Shown one piece after another: positions 30,801 to 37,914 of a stretch of 64,000 bases of DNA. A program made the position numbers and the translations under genes. Numbering within the stretch: the first letter of the stretch is position 1; the number at the start of each line of letters is the position of its first letter. A model generated the notes under the pieces. It was not told the DNA's origin and made no database searches. It saw only the letters and a program-made list of their open reading frames with translations. The stretch comes from an uncultured Bacilli bacterium (GTDB taxonomy: Bacteria > Bacillota_I > Bacilli_A > RFN20 > CAG-826): assembly GCA_944363535.1 (NCBI GenBank), contig CALVUG010000003.1, positions 307 through 64,306 of the forward strand, read 5' to 3'.

Positions 30801-31179
30801 CATATTCGCTCGCGGCTTGCCCACTTGCGACGCCATAAAGTTCGAAGAATGTTTCGATATAATTCGCTAAAGTGCCAAATACCGAAGTAATTTCTACATT
30901 GATCGGTGCCCCAGTTGAAGGATTGGTAACAGTGAGGTCTTGGATACCAAACGCTCCAAGAATCGGCGCAGCATCAAAGCCCCCAATCCAACGTCCAAAG
31001 GCGGGCGCACAAAATAAAGCGATGATAGCTAAGCCACCCATGAAACAAAATCTAAATAAAGAATTTAATAGCCCTCTTTTCCAACCGATGAGAAAAGAAA
31101 TGAGAAGACCTACAAAAAATAAAACAAAAAGTGTAATTAAGGTAATATTGACGATAAGTCCAAGTGTTTCAGGTGTCAT
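24868..31179 (-). CDS. Giant (2103 aa) polytopic-anchored, acidic repeat protein; N-terminus tentatively CvpA-like
   Basis: One uninterrupted 6.3-kb ORF. About 5 TM helices in the first ~210 aa with a positive loop KRFFPRRVIKTKRKKW. The remaining ~1900 aa is D/E/N/S-rich and carries a recurring motif (see findings). Confidence 0.8.
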   Translation of the reverse strand: MTPETLGLIVNITLITLFVLFFVGLLISFLIGWKRGLLNSLFRFCFMGGLAIIALFCAPAFGRWIGGFDAAPILGAFGIQDLTVTNPSTGAPINVEITSVFGTLANYIETFFELYGVASGQAASEYALSIATSLLALLSIIISSILIISVGGFLTIVLWNLVLKRFFPRRVIKTKRKKWLGGLIHSARYVVITLMCALPTVSIIGTFSRAYDQTNMGESDSEVAQYLNSFVSTYNNSIFSNVFFNWTSKDGVWTFDTWLMDFFTDTGTGDSIYDIIAQIGHGGGSIISNGLVTEDGFSFDPALINNADFFIQLLETLSGSDLIVYALPIALAIGLNQDAMENYIDASLIEDFNFDVQEEIDTLQIIVSDVFSSGLIRNFVNYDGEGNAIGWKDVSEIDIDTLYQSMLTEENYPYFMRIFESISNSELLSRLIPIVLYSVTSSGTVGEDIATYLPSELEDYKNIDWGRNLAIIYDSLYELNQVEPNLLDIFLPSENQEDVSVNELVDDVRNDVAIDETGQQIIDLVFVNAKALSYIFVGVLDKDGNPIGVDEAGRTIMTDKDGNRLENADYALFDSDLIRYAIDDLVDLLVTSLSSNDTISIDTTELESIILDMNDERAFYNFKKEFGALLNTLSLMNEYDSIVDYIMDPTNSDVITIDEEGMIVDVDSNFIDGMENILPTIDHSKILSSIVPDIIKGFMDSPDVTNALGQIGLSPANFDWEVEHIGEELALIFSSIEGVVYVSNNFIEKDDVSISMALRSIPENEEELVSLLETFYVSNILNPKDAFGNMRTDNFYNLLELVYENSVPQFDFDSSRFDVTKWENSKHLNGDYILDRNGKIVYDGEIGYIVNFFSIFGGTGIYDALQGETLSNETIGQLETVYRISDIFAAIDLSEVTKSSIADTFDYYLVNSGIIDPSSGISFSNIVNWTEEGKVFGKICTTIGKFEQNINEIDIFKVEPDLVLELLDNLVDSSVFVDKNSQEFLFSNFIYDKLHQSMDSLGTNRDYFADPDGLSYSEIEKDFADANYKEAWKDLTSREQETGYDLNYGIYKMLVDINLAIDSLPNPSGNVFDNLFSDEMDETLLRNAVHSFNEVDILRVPIYNAIDELIDHVSVDDFDLSNANSEALLSLDKQGRKQELDLIVDVLTDFKEVGISLDGSVPDFNIFDIDENKETFEQLLNEIYESEVFNTFKDSEVRLEENLTAFESIISYFITKIGYSDEMAGPNQTIEQHIISIGNKHADTNVIHDGWLGEQGEIRLTMNVISNAAPIADENGEISIDTLNRLWATLDQNGNIDSLPLTNFLNSLNDSKLFFRILPAEIENAMNNATLVTTGLTFLNDVSFDSVNVYYNGDNPYLEGEIENLVAIIENLYYINEGQYTSLSSLDLDLFEETMLNLNASHIFHRSGPNPTSGEEDSFFQALTTSILELEDMQIIIYDETSPKDMNNSSVYVDGIAKADYLINEHFKFGASDVVDYSYQEKELVQIFDVLGILQSLNIADGESMSIDSIDYLSVDTALVYDLVVALNNSNVIYDGAPNLIHQFVSVNPFNNVENGFSIDLSSANVFYHYEEASNYNVKYPESEFEFMKTMLDELKVITDLDLTKLSTYSIKNNNHIINGLKAIYESSIFHQAGSVSSGSDTVFIQTMINVYSNLGLDHLNYDARYDSDVASNASEYVAYRLRNFETSQTGLNEGNWLYELDDLKAFLDVVGENLGSTNISFDSLNNLDNLLPELGENPNDKVFAILRSLNEVDTLNNVIPQLIENQLEEITVNSNNNHTLLDLFVNPLSQENMANFRISQALYRDYELENLKNLFDVLVDVEDTSKYSDLRISTVDELIETSSHFDTILETFYNSYLLDNIYEDTNLIYDAASLGFARMFDESGLTSILFDSDVSSLAGKFYSYSLMPNFSGRSEGEGINKFFLNTYSELGELAAIQLSGNILGFDSLNLENIFNATFDSNGNRAYVSLDLSIRHFFSYFEDIIDTDIRKVTNYESSSYEDYKDLTFDDYLLLVTPETCQEIRSLFDMFDYIDVNDMITNREAFIAALEDMGHSVYSDYFYLAYFITPLNNTYPDLDVFTDYINPFGVENFYVNLASTLRTL

Positions 31180-31185
31180 GTCAAT

Positions 31186-31194
31186 AATCTAGCA
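31186..31194 (-). promoter_or_regulatory. Extended -10-like TGCTAGATT 6 nt upstream of ATG 31179
   Basis: Reverse strand reads TGCTAGATT-attgac-ATG with no SD. Confidence 0.35.
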
Positions 31195-31263
31195 TATTTA
31201 AATTAGTAATTTAAGAAAAAAATGTATAAATTATAAAAAGAATAATAACAATTGCTTCTTTTG

Positions 31264-31272
31264 TGCTATTAT
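31264..31272 (+). promoter_or_regulatory. Extended -10 TGCTATTAT 6 nt upstream of ATG 31279
   Basis: TGCTATTAT-tttcct-ATG with no SD. Supports ATG 31279 over the track's TTG at 31252. Confidence 0.4.
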
Positions 31273-31278
31273 TTTCCT

Positions 31279-32073
31279 ATGTTTGAAAAAAGAACGTGTC
31301 CTGAATGTCAAAAACAGTATGACGATCATCGTTACCGTTGCCCTAAGTGTCATCTCATCAATGAATTCGCTCGTGACGAAAAGAAGATAAACATGATGTT
31401 TTGGCCTAGCCCGCTCATGCAAGTCGCATATTTTATCGCCGGCATGCTCCTACTTTTTATCATGCCTACGATCATGCAAGCATGCTATGGCTCATTAATT
31501 TCCACTAATCCGATCCTATATAGTGCGCTTGCTAACTTTGCTACTTATTGTAGCATCTTCATCTTATTCGTCTTACTTTTAATTCCTAATTACCCGGCTT
31601 TTGGTAAACAATTTGCTCACGGTTATAAACCTTACATCATCTTCGCTATCGGCTTATGTTTGCTCATCGCTTTTTCTTATTTTTGGTCTTGGATTTCTTC
31701 TATTATCTTACCTGGCACAATTAACGATAATCAAAGTGCTGTTAATGCGGTCACCATAGATTATCCTTTGCTCGCTTTATTTACGACCGTCTTTTTTGCT
31801 CCGTTCGTCGAAGAACTTATCTACCGAGTCGGACTATTTGGTTTCTTACATCGTATCAACCGTTATCTAGCCTACGCTATTACGATTGTTTTCTTCGCTT
31901 TAATTCACATTAACTTTACTTCGCCTAACCTCGCTAGCGAAGCCTTAGCGATTCCAACTTATCTATTTGCGGCATTCATCTTAACCGCTAGTTATGAAAA
32001 AGGTGGATTTGCTTCTTCTTATCTAATTCACGTCGCCAATAATTTGATTGCTTTTATTCTCATCTTAGCCTAA
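31279..32073 (+). CDS. CPBP (CAAX-type) intramembrane protease with N-terminal zinc ribbon
   Basis: N-terminus CPECQ...CPKC (CxxC-x13-CxxC). Polytopic body with FAPFVEELIYRVGLFG (EExxxR) and FALIH motifs. Confidence 0.75.
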   Translation: MFEKRTCPECQKQYDDHRYRCPKCHLINEFARDEKKINMMFWPSPLMQVAYFIAGMLLLFIMPTIMQACYGSLISTNPILYSALANFATYCSIFILFVLLLIPNYPAFGKQFAHGYKPYIIFAIGLCLLIAFSYFWSWISSIILPGTINDNQSAVNAVTIDYPLLALFTTVFFAPFVEELIYRVGLFGFLHRINRYLAYAITIVFFALIHINFTSPNLASEALAIPTYLFAAFILTASYEKGGFASSYLIHVANNLIAFILILA

Positions 32074-32077
32074 TTTT

Positions 32078-33004
32078 ATGGAACAAGTTAACATAGTTAA
32101 AAAATCGCATCGCTTCAACATCTTATCTAACTTTCATCTAAAGTTACTAGCGATGTTTTTTATGACTTTAGATCATATTGGTTTATTGCTCGCTAATAAC
32201 ACAGATTACTTTGGTTTCGTCACTAATTCCCCCATCTTAATTATGTGCGATGTCTTCCGTATCTTAGGAAGACTTTCCTTCCCACTTTTCGCTTTCTTAC
32301 TCGTCGAAGGATTAAGGCATACGCATTCCATTAAAAAATATTTCTTAAGATTTGGCATCATGGCCTCATTAATTACCATCGCTTACATCATCATGATTTA
32401 TGGTTTAAACATGAATACACCCGGCGGAAATATTTTCTTCGATTTACTTTTAGCGGGACTAGCAATTTATTTAATTGAAAAGAAACGATGGATATCTTTA
32501 CTAGCGTTACTACCTTTTGCTTATGCTTTATTTTGCACATTTGTTAATGCATTTGAATACGTTGGAGTCATCAATTGGACGAATTATTTTCCTTACTTTT
32601 TAAGATTACAATATGACGTCTTCGGTTTCGCTTTAATCTTGTCATTTTATTTCGCTTATAAACTTATTCCTTACATGTTTAAGACTGAAGCATTTAAAAA
32701 TTTAGATTTCGATGCTTATAAGACGACGAATGAATATCGTTTATTTGCCAATGGAATGATGATCGCCGCTTTGCTTATCATCAATCTCATCTGGTATTTT
32801 TTAAGCTATTACATCGTTGGCCTACAATACCTCATGGGTCTTGGAGTTGAAAGTTGGTCAATCTTTGCTGGTATCTTCATTTTGCTTTATAACGGGAAAA
32901 GAGGTTATAACGCGAAATGGTTCTATTATGGAGCGTATGCATATTATCCGGTGCATCTTCTTATCATCGGAGGAATCATTTATGCTATCATAATGCTAGC
33001 TTAA
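32078..33004 (+). CDS. TraX-family membrane protein
   Basis: 308 aa, polytopic. N-terminal HLKLLAMFFMTLDHIGLLL matches the TraX signature. Starts 4 nt after the CPBP stop. Confidence 0.65.
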   Translation: MEQVNIVKKSHRFNILSNFHLKLLAMFFMTLDHIGLLLANNTDYFGFVTNSPILIMCDVFRILGRLSFPLFAFLLVEGLRHTHSIKKYFLRFGIMASLITIAYIIMIYGLNMNTPGGNIFFDLLLAGLAIYLIEKKRWISLLALLPFAYALFCTFVNAFEYVGVINWTNYFPYFLRLQYDVFGFALILSFYFAYKLIPYMFKTEAFKNLDFDAYKTTNEYRLFANGMMIAALLIINLIWYFLSYYIVGLQYLMGLGVESWSIFAGIFILLYNGKRGYNAKWFYYGAYAYYPVHLLIIGGIIYAIIMLA

Positions 33005-33024
33005 ACAAAGGAGGACTAGTATTT

Positions 33025-33336
33025 ATGTTATTACACGTTAAAAGCACACAAGAATTTAATGACTTAATTAAGAAGGGAACGGTCGTCGTCGACTTCTACG
33101 CCGATTGGTGCGGACCTTGTAAGTTACTCGCCCCAATCTATGAAAGCGTCGCCGAAGAACTTCAAGATCTTACTTTCTTAAAAGTTAACGTCGATAATCT
33201 ATTAGATATCGCTAGTGAATATCGTATCTCTAGCATTCCCACAATCTTAGTGTTTAAAGATGGAAAAATCGTCGCTCATCACGTCGGCTATCTAGAACGT
33301 TCCCAACTCGTCGGCTTAATTAAAGCAAATATTTAA
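33025..33336 (+). CDS. trxA: Thioredoxin
   Basis: Start at ATG 33025 with SD AAAGGAGGA. 103 aa with the WCGPC active site. Confidence 0.9.
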   Translation: MLLHVKSTQEFNDLIKKGTVVVDFYADWCGPCKLLAPIYESVAEELQDLTFLKVNVDNLLDIASEYRISSIPTILVFKDGKIVAHHVGYLERSQLVGLIKANI

Positions 33337-33375
33337 TTGAACTAACCGTCACTTTGTGCCATAATCTTTGTTGCC

Positions 33376-33449
33376 GCAGGTGTAGTTCAATGGTAGAACT
33401 TCAGCCTTCCAAGCTGACCACGCGGGTTCGATTCCCGTCACCTGCTCCA
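33376..33449 (+). tRNA. tRNA-Gly (anticodon UCC)
   Basis: 74 nt. Acceptor GCAGGTG/CACCTGC, D arm GTTC..GAAC, anticodon stem TCAGC/GCTGA with loop CTTCCAA, T arm GCGGG-TTCGATT-CCCGT, encoded CCA. Confidence 0.93.
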
Positions 33450-33460
33450 GCGACAAAGTT

Positions 33461-33482
33461 CCTAGCTTCGGCTAGGTTTTTT
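33461..33482 (+). terminator. Intrinsic terminator after tRNA-Gly
   Basis: CCTAGC-ttcg-GCTAGG hairpin followed by TTTTTT. Confidence 0.75.
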
Positions 33483-33562
33483 ATTTATTTAAAAAAGAAA
33501 AAGGACGAATTATTCGTCCAAAATCTAAGAAAAGTTTCACAATTAGTGATATAAACTTAAAT

Positions 33563-34183
33563 TTAATTCTTATTACGTTGCTTCATCCTCGCTAGGTCGT
33601 TGACGACGTATTGTAATTGTTTGGCATCAATTTTAGCGACGTCACGCTTTTCGATATTTTTAATGAGACGATTAAGTTTAGAAAGCGGAACAAGATAAGA
33701 ATCTTTTGCGTGTACTTCGAAAGGAAAAAGTAAGCAATCATCGTTTACGACGACGATCGAAATCATCATCTTCGGATCGATATTGGTCGCATAAGAAAAT
33801 CTTTGTAGCCTTTCTTTATTTTTTAAAAGTGGGTTATCGATGTAACGTTTTTCGAATAGTTTTGGATAAAAGAACCATGATTTATCCATTTCATTACCTT
33901 CGATCGCCCCGCGATAGAAACGATCTTTAATGCAATAAATGTACTTATCGCCAAATAGAATATGATCGATATGAATCGCCTTATCATCATCTGGGCGAAG
34001 GATGAAATCGTTGATGAGATAGAAATCAAAATTTAATGCAATCTTATAGATTTTCTTTCCGTAGAAATAAGTGAAATGACGAAAGAAAATGACTCTTTTA
34101 ACGATAGGAAAAAGGAGCAAAAAGAGGACGATTAATCCTCCAATTACAGCTAAAACGATGTATAAAATTTGCTCCGTCGTCAT
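33563..34183 (-). CDS. Membrane-anchored NERD-domain protein
   Basis: 206 aa with an N-terminal TM helix. IHIDHILFGDKYIYCIKDRFYRGAIEG fits the NERD core. Starts 14 nt after the deoD stop. Confidence 0.6.
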   Translation of the reverse strand: MTTEQILYIVLAVIGGLIVLFLLLFPIVKRVIFFRHFTYFYGKKIYKIALNFDFYLINDFILRPDDDKAIHIDHILFGDKYIYCIKDRFYRGAIEGNEMDKSWFFYPKLFEKRYIDNPLLKNKERLQRFSYATNIDPKMMISIVVVNDDCLLFPFEVHAKDSYLVPLSKLNRLIKNIEKRDVAKIDAKQLQYVVNDLARMKQRNKN

Positions 34184-34197
34184 AAGTTAAATTAAGA

Positions 34198-34914
34198 TTA
34201 TTTATCAGCAATTTCTAAGGCGATATCCACCATCGTGGCAACGCCTGTTTCACGTTCTTTAGGAGTAGCCTTCTTACTACTATCTAAAAATAAGTCTGTG
34301 ACCGTTAAAATACATAAGGCTCTTTTTTTAAGTCTGGCCGCGGTCGTATAAAGCGCATAACTTTCCATCTCGACGCCGAGGATGCCAAGCTTAGCCCATG
34401 ACTTCCAGAAGTCAGGATCAAAATCGTAGAAGATATCGCTCGATAAGATGTTACCGACGTGGACGTCTAATCCTCTTCTTACGACGGCAGAATAGGCAGC
34501 GAGAATCATATCGAAATCCGCAATAGCGGAGAACGTTCCGCCTCTTAAATTAAATTGTTGAGCCCAATCTGAATCTGTGGACGCGGATTGACCGATGATG
34601 ACATCGAATAAATTGATGCCCGGTTGATAGGCGCCGCACGTGCCAATACGGATGATCGATTCGACTCCGTAATGGGTGAATAATTCATAAGAATAGATGC
34701 CGATGGAAGGAAGTCCCATTCCGCTCGCCATGACGGAGACACGTTTTCCATTCTTCGTATAACCAGTATAGCCTAGGATACCGCGAACATCCGTGACAAG
34801 TTTTGCGTCGACTAAGAAATTTTCGGCAATCCAAGTCGCTCTTTTAGGATCGCCCGGCATCAAAACCGTCTTAGCGAAAGCACCATCTTCCGCATTTATG
34901 TGGGGTGTAGGCAT
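34198..34914 (-). CDS. deoD: Purine nucleoside phosphorylase
   Basis: 238 aa. MPTPHINAEDGAFAKTVLMPGDPKRA and GVEMES are typical of DeoD. SD AAGGAGG. Confidence 0.9.
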   Translation of the reverse strand: MPTPHINAEDGAFAKTVLMPGDPKRATWIAENFLVDAKLVTDVRGILGYTGYTKNGKRVSVMASGMGLPSIGIYSYELFTHYGVESIIRIGTCGAYQPGINLFDVIIGQSASTDSDWAQQFNLRGGTFSAIADFDMILAAYSAVVRRGLDVHVGNILSSDIFYDFDPDFWKSWAKLGILGVEMESYALYTTAARLKKRALCILTVTDLFLDSSKKATPKERETGVATMVDIALEIADK

Positions 34915-34993
34915 AGATAAATTTCCTCCTTCGTAAATGATGTGTTTCTTTATGCAAATAAATTATAACAACATTTCTTAATTTATTAAATTA

Positions 34994-35602
34994 TTAATCG
35001 TAGATTGTTTTATCGTTTAACGCTGCATCGATGAGTCTTAAAATATCTTTCTTCGTATTTTTAAAAGATAAATTTGGTAAATTATTCACTGGAAAATATT
35101 TAACATCGTTCGTCTCGTAACTATGTTCTTTAAATTCGCTTGTTTGTTCAGCGACGAAACAGACGACGTATTGAGCTTCAAGTAAGCCATTTTGATCTTT
35201 AGAAACGTCTAAAACACCAAGTAATCTTTTAATTTCAATATCGATACCAGCTTCTTGTTTTACTTCATTAATCGCCGCTTCGCTAGGTGAATCACCTAGA
35301 TCGCACCAGCCACCCGGTAAAGAATAAGCATTATCTTTGCTTTCTCTTACAAGCAAGAGTTCATTTTTATCGTTGAACACTAAAGTTCTCACCGAAATGT
35401 TCGGTGTCGGATATAAATCTTTAATAAAATAATTCGGACGATCAAATTTTTCATCGACGAAATGTTCTAAAACATCCATCGACCTCTCCTGCACTTCTTG
35501 ATAATTTTCGATAGCGTAAGGATCTTTAGAATATTTCAGTCCAATCTTTGCGATAGCGATCATGCGCAGCACATAATTATAAAATTCACGGTTATCGATC
35601 AT
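34994..35602 (-). CDS. NUDIX hydrolase with N-terminal helical domain
   Basis: Start at ATG 35602 (GGAGG SD). Nudix box GGWCDLGDSPSEAAINEVKQEAG. Confidence 0.75.
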   Translation of the reverse strand: MIDNREFYNYVLRMIAIAKIGLKYSKDPYAIENYQEVQERSMDVLEHFVDEKFDRPNYFIKDLYPTPNISVRTLVFNDKNELLLVRESKDNAYSLPGGWCDLGDSPSEAAINEVKQEAGIDIEIKRLLGVLDVSKDQNGLLEAQYVVCFVAEQTSEFKEHSYETNDVKYFPVNNLPNLSFKNTKKDILRLIDAALNDKTIYD

Positions 35603-35662
35603 ATTTTTACCTCCACTTTTAATAAAATTAACTAGCATTCAGCAAATACACGTATAATAATA

Positions 35663-36121
35663 ATGTTTATGAATAATTTTCTCCACTCTTTATTAGGTAT
35701 GCCTGAAATTATCATCATCACGATGTGCATCGTCATCTTACTTGGCGTCGCTATTTTCTTACTGACTGGTTTCATTCACGTCAAGAAAGACTACATCGCT
35801 ATCATCGAACGCGTGGATGTTTACGTCAAGATGACGAAGAAAAGATGGAACTATTTTGCCCCTGTCTTATATCGTCGCGCTGGTTATTATTACCTAGGAA
35901 TTAACGATAGAGAAATTAATCTTCCTAACGGAACGAAAGCAAAATTATTTTATGAAATTAAAGATGTTTTACTCTACCATTATTCAGGTCATAATATCAA
36001 AGCTGCAATCGATAGATATTATTTTTTAAATAATAATCGTCTTAATATCGACATCTTAAAAGATGCTTTAAATTCGATTGGTATCAACTTTATTGAAATC
36101 GTCGAAATTAAAAAAGATTAA
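35663..36121 (+). CDS. Small membrane protein, weakly SPFH/band-7-like
   Basis: 152 aa with one TM helix, then KKDYIAIIERVDVY... reminiscent of the SPFH N-terminus. The start is uncertain (ATG 35663 or 35669). Confidence 0.4.
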   Translation: MFMNNFLHSLLGMPEIIIITMCIVILLGVAIFLLTGFIHVKKDYIAIIERVDVYVKMTKKRWNYFAPVLYRRAGYYYLGINDREINLPNGTKAKLFYEIKDVLLYHYSGHNIKAAIDRYYFLNNNRLNIDILKDALNSIGINFIEIVEIKKD

Positions 36122-37906
36122 TTATTCGACGGTGACAGATTTGGCTAAATTACGAGGCTTATCGACGTTTAAGCCTTTTTTGATAGCTGTATAGTAAGTT
36201 AAATATTGCGCGACCATCACTTTCGACATCGGAGAAAGATATAAAGGTGAATCGCAAACGATGATATCATCATCTTCTAAAGATAAAGATTTAGAGGAGA
36301 CGACGAAAACTCTTCCCCCTCTAGCCTTAATTTCTTGGAAGCCATTTCTCATCTGATGGGCAGTCTTTTCTTCCGAGATGAAAGCGATGGAAGGAAATTC
36401 ATTAGAAATTAAAGCGATTGGACCATGCTTTAGTTCGCCCGCTTGCACCGCACTCGCGTTAATGTAGGTCACTTCTTTCATCTTCAAAGCCCCTTCTAAG
36501 GCGGTCGAATAATCGATGCCGCGCCCTAAGAAGAACAAATTATCGTACTTAGCGATTTCTTCGGCAACAGGGATAAACTTTTCTTTATGAGCGATGATCT
36601 TTTCTAGACATTTAACTTGCTCTCTTAATTCATTAAAATGATGACCTTTAATGAAAGCTGCATCTAAAAGCATGAAAAGCAATGCAAGTTCAGATTGATA
36701 AACTTTCGTCGAAGCGACGCTTACTTCCACGCCGCTATAAAGATTTAAATAATATTCAGCTTTTCTAGCTAATGAAGAATATCGATTGTTCGTAATCGTC
36801 AAAAGATGATAAGCATTATCTTGAATGAAAGGGACACATTTTAATAAATCCGCTGTCTCTCCGCTTTGCGAGATGATGATGAACAAAGGATTTTTTGTCA
36901 TCACTACCGGGTGATAGGCAAATTCACTAGCGATGTATGCACTAGCGAGTTTTCCTTTTGACCTTAATAAGTCGACAGCAATTAAAGAAGCATGATAACT
37001 TGTCCCGCACGCTAAGAAGATAATTTCGCTCGCCCTTTCGATAATTTTTAAAAGTTTAGGATCGAACGTATATTCATCATGAAAAACATAGTTTTTAATT
37101 AATCTTTCGATGCAACTCGGTGTCTCTTCAATTTCTTTTAACATGAAATGTGGATAGCCATTAAGAGAAACATCAAGATTTTCGCTACTTCTTTCCACGA
37201 GTTTAACTTTTTCTTCTTGTCCTTGGAAATAGACGTGAATTTCATCTTTAGTTATATAGCCAAATCTTCCATCTTTTAAATCGACGAATTCACGAGAAAT
37301 TTCCGCCATCGGAATTTGATCGCTCGCTAAGTAATTCGCTCCTTGGCCTTTACCGATAAGTAAAGGTGATAAGTTCTTAGCAAAATAAAGGCGATGGGGT
37401 TCAGCAAGATGAACGATGGCTAAAGAATAAGAACCATTTAATTTAGAAGTCGCCATCTCGATAGCTTCGAGCATATCTTTCGCACTAGTGGATAGATAAT
37501 AAGCAATTAAATTAGCGACAATTTCGCTATCGGTGTTCCCATAAAATGAAATTTTATTCGCAGCTAAAAATTCTCTTATTTGGACGAAGTTTTCAATGAC
37601 TCCGTTGTGCACTAAAATAACTTTACGGTCGAAGGAATAAACCGGGTGACAATTTGAAATGGTAACGCCTCCATGCGTCGCCCAACGCGTATGAGCGATA
37701 CCGACGCTAGGAGTGTGTTCGAAAGTCGTAGGTACTTGTTTATCTAAATTATCGACGACGCCGACGCTTCTTTCGAGTAAAGAAAAAGAACCATCCGTCA
37801 CAAATAAACCACAAGAATCGTACCCACGATATTCAAGTTTACGTAAACCATTTAGTAAATAATCACGAAAATCAAGCGCTCCACAAGCGCCAACAATGCC
37901 ACACAT
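36122..37906 (-). CDS. glmS: Glutamine--fructose-6-phosphate aminotransferase
   Basis: 594 aa. N-terminal MCGIVG nucleophile, two SIS domains, C-terminal ...KSVTVE. Confidence 0.95.
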   Translation of the reverse strand: MCGIVGACGALDFRDYLLNGLRKLEYRGYDSCGLFVTDGSFSLLERSVGVVDNLDKQVPTTFEHTPSVGIAHTRWATHGGVTISNCHPVYSFDRKVILVHNGVIENFVQIREFLAANKISFYGNTDSEIVANLIAYYLSTSAKDMLEAIEMATSKLNGSYSLAIVHLAEPHRLYFAKNLSPLLIGKGQGANYLASDQIPMAEISREFVDLKDGRFGYITKDEIHVYFQGQEEKVKLVERSSENLDVSLNGYPHFMLKEIEETPSCIERLIKNYVFHDEYTFDPKLLKIIERASEIIFLACGTSYHASLIAVDLLRSKGKLASAYIASEFAYHPVVMTKNPLFIIISQSGETADLLKCVPFIQDNAYHLLTITNNRYSSLARKAEYYLNLYSGVEVSVASTKVYQSELALLFMLLDAAFIKGHHFNELREQVKCLEKIIAHKEKFIPVAEEIAKYDNLFFLGRGIDYSTALEGALKMKEVTYINASAVQAGELKHGPIALISNEFPSIAFISEEKTAHQMRNGFQEIKARGGRVFVVSSKSLSLEDDDIIVCDSPLYLSPMSKVMVAQYLTYYTAIKKGLNVDKPRNLAKSVTVE

Positions 37907-37914
37907 ATTCGATA

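Noticed and set aside
33354-33554. 66-aa ORF downstream of trxA
   Set aside because: It is read straight through the tRNA-Gly gene and its terminator, so it is not coding.
37907-37914. glmS ribozyme upstream of glmS
   Set aside because: Only 8 nt separate glmM and glmS, leaving no space for the ~170-nt ribozyme. The absence is reported as a finding instead.
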